Notes: generated by a model from the sequence alone, not told the origin. DNA of 64,000 bases from Octopus bimaculoides (GCF_001194135.2 NC_068994.1:57477194-57541193), one strand, 5' to 3'; counted from the stretch's first letter, positions 25,497 to 39,905 are shown. Made by a program: numbers and translations.

Positions 25497-25728
25497 GTGG
25501 TTGTGTGGTAAGAAGCTTGCTTCCCAATCATATGGTCATGGGTTCCCGGCGACGCGTTGTGTCCTTGAGCAAGACAATTTATTTGCCGTTGCTCCAGTCC
25601 ACTCAGCTGGCAAAAATGAGAAGTACCTGTATTTCAAAGTGCCGGCCTTGTCCCACTCTCTGTCACGCTGAATCTCCCTGAGAGTTACGTTAAGCTGGGA
25701 CCCTCGTCATTGCAACCGACGGAGTGCT
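25497..25728 (+). mobile_element. tRNA-headed SINE family C (internally deleted)
   Basis: Head GTGGTTGTGTGGTAAGAAGCTTGCTTCCCAA (shared with family B), then GTCCTTGAGCAAGAC...CACTCAGCTGGCAAAAATGAG...GAATCTCCCTGAGAG; lacks the middle segment present in the 40028-40232 copy. Confidence 0.8.
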
Positions 25729-26341
25729 CCTTGCGATGTATGTATGTATGTATGTATGTATGAATGCACGCGCAAACAGAAACACAGAAATTAGTATTGA
25801 ACACACTTGTGATGTCGTAGTTAGTAATCAATCCGCAAATAATGGAGATTAACACAATCGTTTGTAAGTAATCGGAGTTTTGTGATTGAAGATATAAAAA
25901 TAGAGTTTTGTTGATATGGATCCTTAATTCTGATATCAAATCCTATCTACTCATCAGAGGTTATCACGGATTATATATACATATATATAACGGAGATAGA
26001 ATGTTAATCTTAAAATAGGCGCCATTTAAACTATGTTGTAATAACTCACTGCTGTCTTAGGAGTTATTAAATCTAGTCGTTCATAAATGTATATATATAT
26101 GGAAGTGTGTGTTCGTATAGGTTTTTGTATTTATATGTGTGCGTATATGAATTTATATATTTATAAATATATGTGTATGTATGTATNNNNNNNNNNGTTC
26201 GTATAGGTTTTTGTATTTATATGTGTGCGTATATGAATTTATATATTTATAAATATATGTGTATGTATGTATCTATGTATGTATGTATATTGCTCGCCTA
26301 TGTGTCTACGTTTCGAGGTGATAACCTAGAAAGATAGACAC

Positions 26342-26393
<52 letters not shown>

Positions 26394-27584
26394 TATGTGG
26401 GCATTGAGTGAGAGCGAGAGTGGTAAAAGATAAGAGAGTTAACGAAAGTAAGTCGGGGGCGGGAGGGGGGCGGAGAGGAAAACGTGAAATAATTATTTGC
26501 TATAATATAGTTTGATATTTCAATGACAAGATATGCTAATCTATAATTGACAATTTCAGAGTTGCCCAAATATATTTATTTGTATTTTTGAAGCGTTGGC
26601 AAATAATTTGACTTGGACCATAAATATTAATTTTAAACACGGGGAGCACTTCTCTCTCCCTCTCACTCTTTCTCTTCCTTTTTCCCCTCTCTGTCTCTTT
26701 CTCCCCCTTTTTCATTTTCTTGGTTTTCCTCTCTTGAAGACATGATTAATGAGAGAGTTGCGTACCAGTCGGAAACCTATTAGCTGCATTTTCTCTCTTT
26801 TTAGTCTTAGTTTGTTTACGTTTTGTTTTTTTTTGTTTTTTTTCTTTAACGAAAAATAAAATTATTTTCCTCAAATCATTTTGAACTTTAAAACTCATTA
26901 CACTCTACTGAATACTTCTAAACTGAATGAAACAAACAAACAAAAAAAGAGAAAAAGAAAAAAAAAAATTTTGTCCAATCGAAATTTGTTGAAATTTTAA
27001 CCTTACGATGATTAATATTTAACGAATACAGAAAAACGAAACAAACAAATTTATATCTTAAAAATTTTAAACTTGCACTAATTAAAAAGAAATAAAGATA
27101 TCCAGGTTTTGTGTTGTTTTAGTTTCACGTTCAATAGGATTTTTGTCTGTTTTAGTTTATATTTTTCATTTTTTGGTATTTTACCCAAGAAATATATTGG
27201 TCTAATGCACAGTTCTGGCTTTCTTAAGGGGAATATTCTTCAATGTATTTGATGGCATAAGACTGACGAAGCCCGATAGTATGCAGCCTAGTTTTTCATT
27301 GTTGTTAGTTATCGGGTGTGTCTCTTATCAGATATATGCTTTAAGAAGTATAAAATCTAGATATTGTCGACGAGGAAGAGATCTCACCTTCACTTTCAGT
27401 TTTTTAAGTGTGGATACGTTAAATAAGGATATTTGATTGATAAAACTACTGGCCTTATATTTCTTTCTTAGGCTACTATTTCTAGTTACGTCTAGAGACT
27501 CGGAGAGGGTCTCTCTCTCTCTTTCTCCCTTAATTTGAGCTCTTTTGTGTATTTTTATATTAACAGAAGATCCCTTTTAGTAGG

Positions 27585-27947
27585 TTTTACTTGTTTCAGC
27601 CTGTGGCCATGTTGGGGCACCGACTTTAAGAATTTTGGTCGAACGGTTTTATTTTTCCTTTTATGCATTTTTTTTTTTTTTTTTTTTTTTTTTTTGTAAA
27701 GCCTGGTACTTATTCTTTCAGTCACTTTGGCCGAACCTCAAGTAACGAGGACGTGAACACACCAACACCGGTTGTCAAGCAGTAGTGGGGAACAAACATA
27801 AACACAAAGACACACGCATACACACACACACACAATCAAATTTACTCACAAGGATATGGTCGGCCCGAAGCTATAGTAGAAGACACATGTCCAAGGTCCC
27901 ACGCAGCGGGACTGAACCCAGAACTATGTAGTCGAGAAGCAAACTTC
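27585..27947 (-). mobile_element. SINE family B, near full length with internal (CA)n
   Basis: Reverse of the tRNA-like head (GGGACTGAACCCAGAAC), CORE-like GGTCGGCCCGAAGCTATAGTAGAAGACAC, internal CA tract and 3' tail TTGTTTCAGCCTGTGGCCATGTTGGGGCACCG. Confidence 0.85.
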
Positions 27948-28671
27948 GGCCTTATGTTTCTTTCCATTACCACAACCAGTATAAATGAAGTGCGTACCAG
28001 TAATACACTAGTTTCGATTCAGTCGATTCTAGGCCATTGCTCTCTTCAAATTAAAATTGCCACGTGACTATATTAAGAAATCTATTATTCTAAGATATTC
28101 TTCACTTGATGCATGCCATTAAGATTTTCCTGTTGTATCGGTAGGTCTTTGTGCAGTTTAAGTAAATTTAAAGTAGCCAACAGGGAGGAACTGCTCGTTA
28201 TCAACTTGCCCCACAGCAATAGTGAACAATTACGAGAGAAATAAAAAAAACTATTTCGTGTTGTAATTAAGATATACCAATATGCCAAATAATCAATATG
28301 TCTCGGACAAAACTATAAAGGAGAATATCCAATGAGATTCTACAATCTATAACTTGTCCTCTTTGACGGTTTTATTTTGTCGGATTCTTTAATCTCTTTG
28401 ATCTTTTGGTTTCTCTATAATTTAGGTATGTGCTCTGCAATTAGTAGAAAAAGAAGTGGGGCGAACACATACTAAAAGAAAAGAAATCGAAAAATAGTAA
28501 ATTTTGATTTGGGTCAAAATAAAATACTACTACTTCAATTACATGCGACTTCTTTGACTTGACAAACATGATTAATCTGCTGCCGTCCAAGGAAGAATAT
28601 ATAACAAGACTTCTTTGTGTTTTAGTTAGTGTCTTTGGCGATAGATTGTTTTTTGGTGATTTTTATGCTTT

Positions 28672-28800
28672 CACTGGTCTTCAGTCATTGGGCTGCGGCC
28701 CTCCTAAGGCACCGCCATCGAAGTCCAGTTGATCGTGATGAACCTGATATTTATTTTCACTTTGGGATTTATTTTATCTGATACTGATTGTCGAACTGCT
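28672..28800 (-). mobile_element. SINE family B 3' fragment (degenerate)
   Basis: TTCAGTCATTGGGCTGCGGCC...GGCACCGCC tail motif. Confidence 0.55.
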
Positions 28801-29577
28801 AGAAACAGCAGAACATAAAACGAGACGACATAAAAGGCATCGTTTTTTTAAAACTGATATAAATATAAGCACAAATGACACACACAAATGCGCACATATA
28901 CATGCATACAAACATACATACATACATACATACATACATACATACATACATACATACATACATGCATACAATAATCACGATATCTCGAAATATAAAAATC
29001 TGCAAGACTTTCTTAAGATTTAAAGGCTGACGGTTAAATCAAGATGTTGAAAAGTATTCCCTCAGGCTTCCGACAATGAGAACATGGAAGGCAAAAGTTA
29101 AACTCAGCAAAATTTGAACTTAAAAGCTTAGGAAAATAGTGGAAGGCATTCTCTCTGATTGTTAAACGACTCTGATAATTTGCTGCCTGAAATGAAAGCC
29201 GTGAAATATAATCAATTAAGTTGAAATATCGATTCCACTGGTTATATAACATTATAACGGCTCCAGCTGTTGTATCGGAAACTTTTAGGTGTTACAGTTC
29301 ACACCGTGATAGCGATGTTGGTTTATCGTCCCTAGTTGTGGGCGTGGTCGTACGGTAAAGAACGGTGTGGGTCAGATTCCCCTCTTTCTACGTGGAATGC
29401 TGCATCGTAGTCTGCATCATAGAATGAGGTTTACGTGGCAAAAAAGTCTACATACGAGGCCGAGAACTTTTGTACAACCTACACAAGTTAATGAATGAAA
29501 AACAAAATGGGAATTTTGAAAGAAGATTCTACAAAACTAGATTTTGAACATCGAATGGATATAGTGGTGGTTCTGTT

Positions 29578-29579
29578 TA

Positions 29580-29642
<63 letters not shown>

Positions 29643-29668
29643 AAGTAGTAGTAGCATCAGTAGTAGTA
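29578..29668. repeat. (TAG)n microsatellite
   Basis: Directly visible. Confidence 0.95.
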
Positions 29669-29821
29669 ATTGCCATAGGTGACGAAGAATCAGTACGTCT
29701 GTAGACTAGCAATTGTAATGGTAATGGCGACTATACTGCTGAATAATTTTTTTTTAATTTTGTTTTTGTTTTAAACCAGAAGCGGGGGGATGGGTATAAA
29801 ACAGGAGTGAGGGGGGATGGG

Positions 29822-29853
29822 TATATAAAGAAGCGATCTCGGATGGTGTTAGT
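29822..29853 (+). promoter_or_regulatory. Candidate TATA + Initiator core promoter
   Basis: TATATAAAG at 29822-29830 and Inr-like TTAGT with its A at 29851 (29 nt downstream), followed by ATG at 29888 and a possible donor CAA|GTGTGT after 29968. Confidence 0.3.
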
Positions 29854-30165
29854 GTGAGGGTGGGAAGGACACACAGTCCCGGATGTTATGTACCATGAGT
29901 TGGAGCCAGAAGAGGAGCGAAGTTCCAACAATGTGAGCAGCACTTTAATGTCTGCCAATGAAATTCAAGTGTGTAAATTGCAAAAGGATTATCCAGCTGT
30001 CAGCATAATTTTGCCACTAAGCTCTCTCTCACTTACTGCACTCACTTTTCACAATCATCTCATTGTTATTGTTATTTGTTATTATTATTATTATTATTAT
30101 TAACATCATCATCATCATCATCGTCATCACTATGTTTATTAATTTTCTCATTCTAATCCCACATT

Positions 30166-30785
<620 letters not shown>

Positions 30786-30939
30786 TTGTCTACTGACTTC
30801 CTCAAAATAAATACGTTTCATGTTGTTTTACTTTCAGAAGCTAATTTAATTCTTGTTCATCTAACACCAAACTCAATCTAGCTAAATATTGCTTTCAAAT
30901 TTTCGCACAAGGCCAGTAAGTTCAGGTTGGGTGGATGGG

Positions 30940-31121
30940 TGAGTGGGATAAGTAAATGACATCGACCCCAGTATTCAACTGGTATCTATTTTATCGACCC
31001 CGAAAAAAAAATGAAAGGCAAAGTCGACCACGGTGGAACTTGAACTCAGGACGCGAAGACAGACGAAATGCCACCAAGTATTTCGCCTGGCGAGAAAACG
31101 ATTCAGCCAGTTCGCCGCCTT
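30940..31121 (-). mobile_element. SINE family A
   Basis: Reverse complement of family A: ATCGACCCCAGTATTCAACTGGT...ATGAAAGGCAAAGTCGACC...TGAACTCAG...GATTCAGCCAGTTCGCCGCC. Confidence 0.85.
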
Positions 31122-31783
31122 TGTTTAGCTAAATATCGATTAGAAAGTTTTCCTAACTTCCCTGAGAAGCCTGGTACTTTATTTCATCTACTCCAGGGAG
31201 AAGTGAGTTATTTTGACATCGACAAATCTGAACTTCGTAAACAAACTTAAATACAGACAGTATGGTATTTTATTCGTCAACCACCCGTTTCTACCATCCA
31301 GCGCTTTCTTTTGTCTAACCAAACTCTTAATACATACAAAGAAAAAGTGTTTAAGAATTCAGGTTTCTTGGAACAATTAAGAAATCATGAAAGACTCCTT
31401 TTCTTAACAGAACTTTGACGTTCCTCGAAGCATAAATGGATCAAGATCGCATAAAGACATTGAATAAACCGAATCAAATTGTTTTAAGATTTCTGCCGTT
31501 CTTTGTTTTGTCGTCAGATCAAACGAATATATTTATAAGAGTGAATACTTAGCAAAGTGCACGATCATTAGACTTGATACACGAAGAATCATCTGTTATA
31601 CGTCTATTACTTGTAATCTATATCTTGTTTAATTCACACATTTATTAGCGCTCATGCACTATGTATATTCGTGTGTATATGTGTGTACATATATACATAT
31701 ATACACAAATACAATCGCACACTTATACATATGTATACATATGTGTATACATACATATATATATATATGTGTATATATATATA

Positions 31784-31960
31784 TCCAGCTGAATATTGAC
31801 ACACACACACACCAAGGTAACAATTTATACGTCGATGGTATGATTAATACTATTTTGTGCCTCGATTTGGCAACAGTACTAATTTACCGGACCATAAACC
31901 CCTTGTTTTACAGACCGAAACCTTTCGTAGAGCATTTGGATACAGGTGACAAGATCTACC
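31784..31960 (+). repeat. 177-bp duplicated segment, copy 1 (copy 2 at 42915-43091)
   Basis: 175/177 identical direct repeat at an 11131-bp offset. Contains TACTAAT (31877-31883), acceptor CCCCTTGTTTTACAG and a 32-nt exon-like unit 31914-31945 ending at |GTGACA. Confidence 0.9.
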
Positions 31961-31993
31961 GACAACGCACACACACACATACATACATATACG

Positions 31994-32029
<36 letters not shown>

Positions 32030-33005
32030 TATATATATTATATTATATATATNNNNNNNNNNNNNNNNNNNNNNNNNNNNNNNNNNNNNNNNNNNNNNNN
32101 NNNNNNNNNNNNNNNNNNNNNNNNNNNNNNNNNNNNNNNNNNNNNNNNNNNNNNNNNNNNNNNNNNNNNNNNNNNNNNNNNNNNNNNNNNNNNNNNNNNN
32201 NNNNNNNNNNNNNNNNNNNNNNNNNNNNNNNNNNNNNNNNNNNNNNNNNNNNNNNNNNNNNNNNNNNNNNNNNNNNNNNNNNNNNNNNNNNNNNNNNNNN
32301 NNNNNNNNNNNNNNNNNNNNNNNNNNNNNNNNNNNNNNNNNNNNNNNNNNNNNNNNNNNNNNNNNNNNNNNNNNNNNNNNNNNNNNNNNNNNNNNNNNNN
32401 NNNNNNNNNNNNNNNNNNNNNNNNNNNNNNNNNNNNNNNNNNNNNNNNNNNNNNNNNNNNNNNNNNNNNNNNNNNNNNNNNNNNNNNNNNNNNNNNNNNN
32501 NNNNNNNNNNNNNNNNNNNNNNNNNNNNNNNNNNNNNNNNNNNNNNNNNNNNNNNNNNNNNNNNNNNNNNNNNNNNNNNNNNNNNNNNNNNNNNNNNNNN
32601 NNNNNNNNNNNNNNNNNNNNNNNNNNNNNNNNNNNNNNNNNNNNNNNNNNNNNNNNNNNNNNNNNNNNNNNNNNNNNNNNNNNNNNNNNNNNNNNNNNNN
32701 NNNNNNNNNNNNNNNNNNNNNNNNNNNNNNNNNNNNNNNNNNNNNNNNNNNNNNNNNNNNNNNNNNNNNNNNNNNNNNNNNNNNNNNNATCAGCCATTTT
32801 GTCAATGGCTGATATTTAGCAAGATGAGACACACATAAGAAGGAAGGAAACAAAGGACCACTGATGAGGTCACAGAAGTGTGACGAAAGAACTCTGGCCG
32901 AAATAAGATTAAGATTAATGTAATATAAAGCTGAAGCAAATTAACACCAAATATACAGTGCGTGTGTTTTTATTGGCTAAACTGGCAATATGACCATCCC
33001 CAAGT

Positions 33006-33044
<39 letters not shown>

Positions 33045-33532
33045 CCTATTTAAACGGTCATAATTTTCAAGGAAACGACTAAATTTAGCTTCGCCTCTTT
33101 CCTTTAAATGCTTTCAATTCTTCTTTGTCCCCATTTCACCGACCTTCATACAGATTTCAATATGATCGAAATAGCTTTCTATATCTGTAAATTATTGTAT
33201 GAATAAATTAACATACATTACTGCGATTCTTGAATTGTGGACTATTTTACTTTATTCCTTCCTCCCTATTTCCCCCTCTCCCTCTCCCTATAGTATACGA
33301 ATATATGTATACATATTTCTATGTTTGTATATGTATACGTTTATACATACATGCTTATATTTATATGGGTATATACATTTCATATAGGATGTCAAAAGGT
33401 ACAGATGCATTATATATATATATATTGACATATATGTAAGTATATAAATACACATAATTATATACATGATTACATCCAAAATTATATATATGTATGTGTA
33501 TTTATACACATACGCATACAGACGTGTGTATG

Positions 33533-33574
<42 letters not shown>

Positions 33575-36500
33575 TGTGTGTGTGTGTGTGTGTGTATTTA
33601 TGTGTGTGTACATCTATATATATATATATATTTATTCACACACACATATATATATTTACATATATGTATGTATATATATATTCACATATATATGAATGTA
33701 TATATATATGTGTGTGTGTTTATATATGTATGTATTTATGTAGATTACTTATCTAAGATTTTTTTTTTTTACCAAGAGACTTTTGTTGATTTTTATGTCC
33801 ATCTTTCTTTTTTACAATGGCATCAGGCATAAATTTCACAACGACCACTACCACCCGCCATCACACCCCTATTATACTCTCCATGTTTATAATTGATGTC
33901 CTGCGGGTGAATGGGAGCCTCACTCGGTAAAATTCTGATTACACATCCATCCAAACTCTAAGACAGAAATTATAAGCAATGGATGGTAAATTCTTGTATT
34001 CGTAAGAATTGATTCGCGTAGTGGTAAGAATTGATAAAAATTGGCACCGGACAAAATGAAGATATAACGTATGCCAGGCTTCCATATTTTAATCAACGCT
34101 GGAAGATTTTCACGTTTTGTTTTCTTACTTTTTTTCTTATTATCTTTCATTTTTTTTTTTTTTTCGCATAAATATTTATGCTCAATTATTCAAATTTGGA
34201 CAGTTGCTTCCAGAAATAATTCTCTTCAACTAAGAAACACAGCAGTGTCTTAACGTAACTAAAAGGATGATGGAATTTCGCATGTTGTAATCTCTTCCAC
34301 GCTGTGAGAGTTTAATGTAATAATTACAGTTTTTTAAAAAAATGATTGTATCATGAAAGGCAGAAAAGATTTCTCTCTGGGATGAGAAAATGTACAGTTC
34401 TTTTTCCCATATTTTGTTTATTGTAAGAANNNNNNNNNNNNNNNNNNNNNNNNNNNNNNNNNNNNNNNNNNNNNNNNNNNNNNNNNNNNNNNNNNNNNNN
34501 NNNNNNNNNNNNNNNNNNNNNNNNNNNNNNNNNNNNNNNNNNNNNNNNNNNNNNNNNNNNNNNNNNNNNNNNNNNNNNNNNNNNNNNNNNNNNNNNNNNN
34601 NNNNNNNNNNNNNNNNNNNNNNNNNNNNNNNNNNNNNNNNNNNNNNNNNNNNNNNNNNNNNNNNNNNNNNNNNNNNNNNNNNNNNNNNNNNNNNNNNNNN
34701 NNNNNNNNNNNNNNNNNNNNNNNNNNNNNNNNNNNNNNNNNNNNNNNNNNNNNNNNNNNNNNNNNNNNNNNNNNNNNNNNNATATATACACATATATATA
34801 TATATATATTTTTATATATCCGAATATATAAATTTTATATATATTAATATACATATATCGATAGCAAGGTATATATATATTTACGTAAGTATGCATGTAT
34901 ATATATATATATATATTATATACATATATAAAAACACACACACATATGTATATATACATGTATATGTACATATATATGTGTGTGTGTGTGTCTATTCATG
35001 TACATATAATTCTTTTTTTGAATTAGTGGATCGCGACGCAAACATTCAATACTTGTAGATCTTCTTTGAAAAATTTTCGGCTGCCCGGAGAATTCGGTTT
35101 TACCTGGTTTCAATGTGTTGCGTGAGTGAATCTACATAAATTGAATTACTTCCCTTGGCTCTGCCATACCACACAAGCAATTGAGATTCACGTACCCACT
35201 GTTAACCAATAGGAAATAGCAAAATATTTACAACATTGTCTGTTTGATTACTCTATGTACTTCGTGTATGAAATTCTTAGTAAATGTGAAGTGTATAGAC
35301 CGATCATTTTCTTATATAGATATACATGCTTATAAATATGAGTGCGTGTGTGTGTGTGTGTGTGTGTGTGGTTCAAAATTGTTCAAGAAACAATAAAACG
35401 TGTGTGCGCGCGCGTGTAAATAGCGTGTGTTACGAAATATTAGATAGATTTAATATAGATCGACTATTTCCGAAGATCAAATACGTTGATTTTCGTCAAA
35501 CATGCCGGAAATATTTTCTCGGGCTCTTTGACCGAGTGCAGAAATAGTTTGATCTGGTATAACGTTTAAGTGCAGTAGCATTGTCTTGCCTCGTCTTAGT
35601 ACAATAAACTAATGCTGTCGATAGTCAATAGGAACAAAACTGTTCGGAGTAAAATAGTTACATACGGAATGTGGTATTTATGCAAGAGAGCTTTTTTAAT
35701 CAAAATGGTTTAGCAACAATATGTAACTTTAATTGAACGTCTGCTGAAGATCACGTGATATCTGTCATTCGTCGGACAATTAGAAATAATTAAATTTGTG
35801 TCTGACAGTATTCATTTTTCCGCTGAAATTAAATTTGAGTTATACCATACGATGTCTTTGGTCTTTTCTTATGGTTTGAGACTTCAGGTCAGCTGGTATT
35901 CTGAAACTTATTTGAACATCTGCTTGTGTTAAATACCTCATAATAACAATGCAAAACGTTAATTAGGTGTTTATGTAAATATACATGCATATTTTCATAT
36001 TAAAAATGATATTTCGCAGAAAAGGAGAGCTATTTTGGAGTATATGTTCATATATAATAATTTCATTATTATTTCTAACAATTTATGCCATGAATTAAAA
36101 ATTTTATGCATATCCTCAAAAATAAGCTAAAATATTAAAGAATAAGAGCGAGACAAATTATTTGAAATGATTTAGTGAAGAGAGTTTTATTTTGCTATAA
36201 CCGGAAGTATAATGGTAAAGAGAGGTTAATGCTCTGTGTTTCAGATTATTTTATTTTAATTTTTGGAGATCATGTTAACAGTGAATTTCAAATGTAATTA
36301 AATATTCCACTATATTTAAAACTGTATATGAGGAAATACTGTTGTTTAGATACGGATGAGCCTAAATTTTTCTTCATGTACCGAGCCAAGAGCGGTCGGC
36401 CATCATGGATCTGCATACTCTCACTGCTGTTTCATGCACATTTTAGTGCATTATTTAGTTGAGCTTTCGAGAGCCAGATGGAAAGCCATCAAATACTTTT

Positions 36501-36784
36501 CCTCTCTGTTTTACTTTCTGTCCTCCGATCGTTACAAAGTTTACGAGTCCAATTTCTTCTCATACGATATCAAATAGTACAAGTCTATTTTGTCGTTACT
36601 TTTTCTTTCTTTTTTTAAGAAGTTTTCTGATCTAAAGTAATCGATGTCCATCATTCAGTCTGAAGCTGACTTAAATAAAAAGGTTATATATTTCTGTCTC
36701 TATAAGAATCTTTACATGGCAAGGAAGAAAAAATAGTTATTTCATTCGTTTCAATTTTTACATAACGATGACGTAAAGGTTGAG

Positions 36785-36953
36785 AGCGGCATTAGTCCGT
36801 CTTTACGTTCTAAGTTGAAATTCTGCCGAGGTCGACTTTGCCTTCAATCTTTCGGGGTCGATAAAATAAGCACCAATTGAGTACCGAGATCGATGTAACT
36901 GACTTACCCACTCGCCACAAAATTGCTGGCCTTGTGCCAAAATTTGAAAACAA
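36785..36953 (+). mobile_element. SINE family A (5' truncated)
   Basis: AGCGGCATTAGTCCGTCTTTACGTTCTAAGTTGAAATTCTGCCGAGGTCGACTTTGCC...GGCCTTGTGCCAAAATTTGAA. Confidence 0.85.
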
Positions 36954-37538
36954 TATGAAGATGATATTTTCTGTGTAGAATAATTACTGTTATTTTGTGT
37001 TTGTGTCATTAAGTACGTTAAGGTAATATTACAAGTAAATAAATATCTCTAATTACAGAGGAAGAAAATAAACTTATTAATTTTGATATTAATTTAATGA
37101 GAAAGTTTTTTCTATGTTTAGTACAGCTTCTATTGTTTACGTGCATAGCACTAAGTACGCGAAGATAAATTCTGCAATTAGAGTTACGCAATCACACTCG
37201 TCTTATCTCCTCTTATAGATGTGTTTAGTGTTAAGTGCATTGAGTTCAATTTCATAAATAATTAAGTTTATGTAAATTATGATCAGACAGAATATGGTAA
37301 ATAATATCTAATTTTCCGAAATAATGATGGCAGGGGGTGGAGGGGCTAACTGTAAGAAAGGAATTTATTGAAGCAGCGCCGGAAAATATCAGGGACTAGG
37401 TTTGTGTGGAGGTATAGTATCATATATCAACAGTAATTAAATTAAAATTACTTTTTTTAAAATATGGAGATTGATAAATTAATGGGTAATAAATTAGCGT
37501 TTTACAATAAGCACTTCTTAATATAATACAATAGTTAA

Positions 37539-37656
37539 GGCGGTGAGCTGGCAGAATCGTTAGCACGCCAGGAAAAATACTTAGCGGCAGCGTTCCGTTC
37601 GTCTTTACGTTCTGTGTTCAAATTACGCCGAGATCAACTTTACCTTTCATACTTTC
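37539..37656 (+). mobile_element. SINE family A (5' half)
   Basis: GGCGGTGAGCTGGCAGAATCGTTAGCACGCC...GTTCAAATTACGCCGAGATCAACTTTACCTTTCAT; followed by a degenerate family-B head at about 37700-37830. Confidence 0.8.
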
Positions 37657-37921
37657 AATCAAAGTACAAAGAACATGGCTGTTAAGACATTCTTGTAGCC
37701 CCGTGATTTCGGGTACTGTCCCACTGCGCAGCCACCTTGAGCAAGTGCTTTCTTCAACTCTAGGACCGGGCCGACCAATGACGTGGGAGGGAATTTAGTC
37801 GACAGAAAGTGTGTGGAATCTGTGTTGCTGCTGTTGTTGTTGTTGGTGGTGTTGGTGGTGGTGGTGGTGGTAGTGTTATTGTTTAGCTTTAAGTTAAATC
37901 TGATCGAATAAACTTTCGTTG

Positions 37922-38045
37922 AAAGACTCTTTCTCTCTTTCTTTCTCTCTCTGTCTATCTATCTTTCTCTCTCTATCGCGCTCTCTCTCTCTCTCTGTCT
38001 ATCTCTCTTTATCACTTTCTCTTTATCGCTCTCTCTTTTTCTCTA

Positions 38046-38098
<53 letters not shown>

Positions 38099-38211
38099 GC
38101 ATCTGTCTGTCTATCTATATCTATGTCTGTCTTCCTGTCTATCTATCTACCTATCTATCTATCTCTCTATCTATCTATCTATCTATCTATCTCTACCTCT
38201 CTCTGTATATT

Positions 38212-38277
<66 letters not shown>
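37922..38277. repeat. (CT)n/(CTAT)n/(TA)n compound microsatellite
   Basis: Directly visible. Confidence 0.9.
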
Positions 38278-38280
<3 letters not shown>

Positions 38281-39857
38281 CTCTTGCTTTAAAGCAGTAA
38301 GATATGAGTCGAGAAAATATCGTCTGCTATTTCTAACAGATTAGCCGACTACTTCGATTTACGCTCACGGGTTTGGTTATCTAGCAACAAAGAAGAAATC
38401 TTACTTCACACGTTTGAGAACCGAGCGAAAAGTCTAATAAAAGACAGACAAAATAATCTCGAGGTGGTTGTAAAACATAAATTAAATCCACATAGGTCTA
38501 AAAGTCACCTTGCCGATCTTACGTGCTTCTAATCGCAATAATACCATCATAGGTGATAGAGGAAATATTACTGAAATGTCTCTTTGGGTGTTGAGTATGT
38601 AAGCTAAGACACACGACATATTACGATCATGTTTATTCGGAAATGGCCATGAAATAGCCGTCCGTATAGATAGATTCATGGGAGAGGAAGCAAATTAGCA
38701 ATGGCTGTCTAAAAGCTGATGTTAGCTGATGTATTGCTAAGAGGTACAAGTTATCAACTCGATACATCTAGAGCGTCCGTCATTTCAAATAACATCTCGG
38801 CGTTTTATCCGTACTGCATATTTCTCGAAAACGAAATCAAGTAATTATATGAAGCTTAACAAGTCTACAGTGAAGCGGTGAAGTTTGAATGGAGAGGAAT
38901 GAAGGTTTGAAGCGAGCTGTGATGTTTTCAAAGGGAGTTAATCAAATTAAAGCAGATAGACATTACATTTCTCTATAAGGAGTCTTTATTGTGAAGTATA
39001 TCAAAAATGACTGCCGCTGATAAAAGCCTTTAGGTAAATGTCGTGGAGTTATAATTGCAAGACTTTTAAGGAAGTTTATAACAGAACGACATCCGTTAAT
39101 AGCAAAAGACAGCTCGGAAAGAAATATCTTTATTGAATAATGTTGTTACTGCGAAAATTGTTAGAAGACATGTCCATAGAATTGTAAATGGAAACATTGA
39201 CGTTGAGAATATCAGAACTTTTCGGATATATACTGAATAAAGTTTCATGTTAGTTTTCAAACAAAATTCGGTTACACAATTTAAACTACAGCGTCTGATC
39301 ACAAGATGTAAAATAATTTTTTAAAAACCACTGCGGTGAACTTGCTACAAGGGAAAAAACGAAGTTATTGCAACGACAATAGCGATAGCAACGTTGACAA
39401 TGATAGCAGCGATACGAATAGCCAACGGCGGATACGCTACGTATCTGTTTGAACCGCTAGAAATAGCAGTCAAATTTACCTCAATTCAAAGCATAATAAA
39501 TGAACGAGGATACGTGTCAAAATGTAGTTCACGACAGACAAAAAGACGAGATCTTCATTGTTTGTAAGTTTTTAAATAACAATAACATTACAACAACAAC
39601 AACAATAATAATGATAGTAATCCTTTCTACTATAGGCACAAGGCCCGAAATTTTTAGAGAGGAGGGCAATGCATCCGGAAAATCAGAAGAGCTCCAAGCA
39701 AAATATGTTCTGATATATGGCTGCAACCACCGCTTTGTGTTTTGGGTTCAAATTCTTGAGAGGTTGAGTGTATCTTTCCTTTTCCCAGGAACTATAAATT
39801 AAGTACGAAAGAAGTACTGGAAAGTTGTGCTCTTCTGCCTGTCTTCTCCACCAATAG

Positions 39858-39905
39858 GTGATATTGAGTCTCTCTTGAAAGCTAGTTCCAGTCACCAACA
39901 GCAAG
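39858..39905 (+). CDS. Candidate 48-nt phase-1 symmetric exon (GDIESLLKASSSHQQQ)
   Basis: Long polypyrimidine acceptor GTGCTCTTCTGCCTGTCTTCTCCACCAATAG|; possible donor CAAG|GTGATA, or the frame continues as GDIYNITVSGAYGTQTSIAFFA to a stop at 40009. Confidence 0.3.

Noticed and set aside
25497-25560. tRNA gene-like sequences (also 713, 61301 and others)
   Set aside because: A/B boxes are present, but each continues into a repeated SINE body and no complete cloverleaf is evident; these are SINE heads, not tRNA genes.
27180-27500. Possible second Penelope RT C-terminal relic on the minus strand (PSNTLKNIPLKKAR)
   Set aside because: Only one short motif-like stretch amid many stops; too degenerate to call without a profile search.
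31197-31202. 6-nt microexon-like CTCCAG|GGAGAA|GTGAGT
   Set aside because: Lies inside a decayed reverse family-A SINE (about 31170-31250); the signals are likely mutational by-products.
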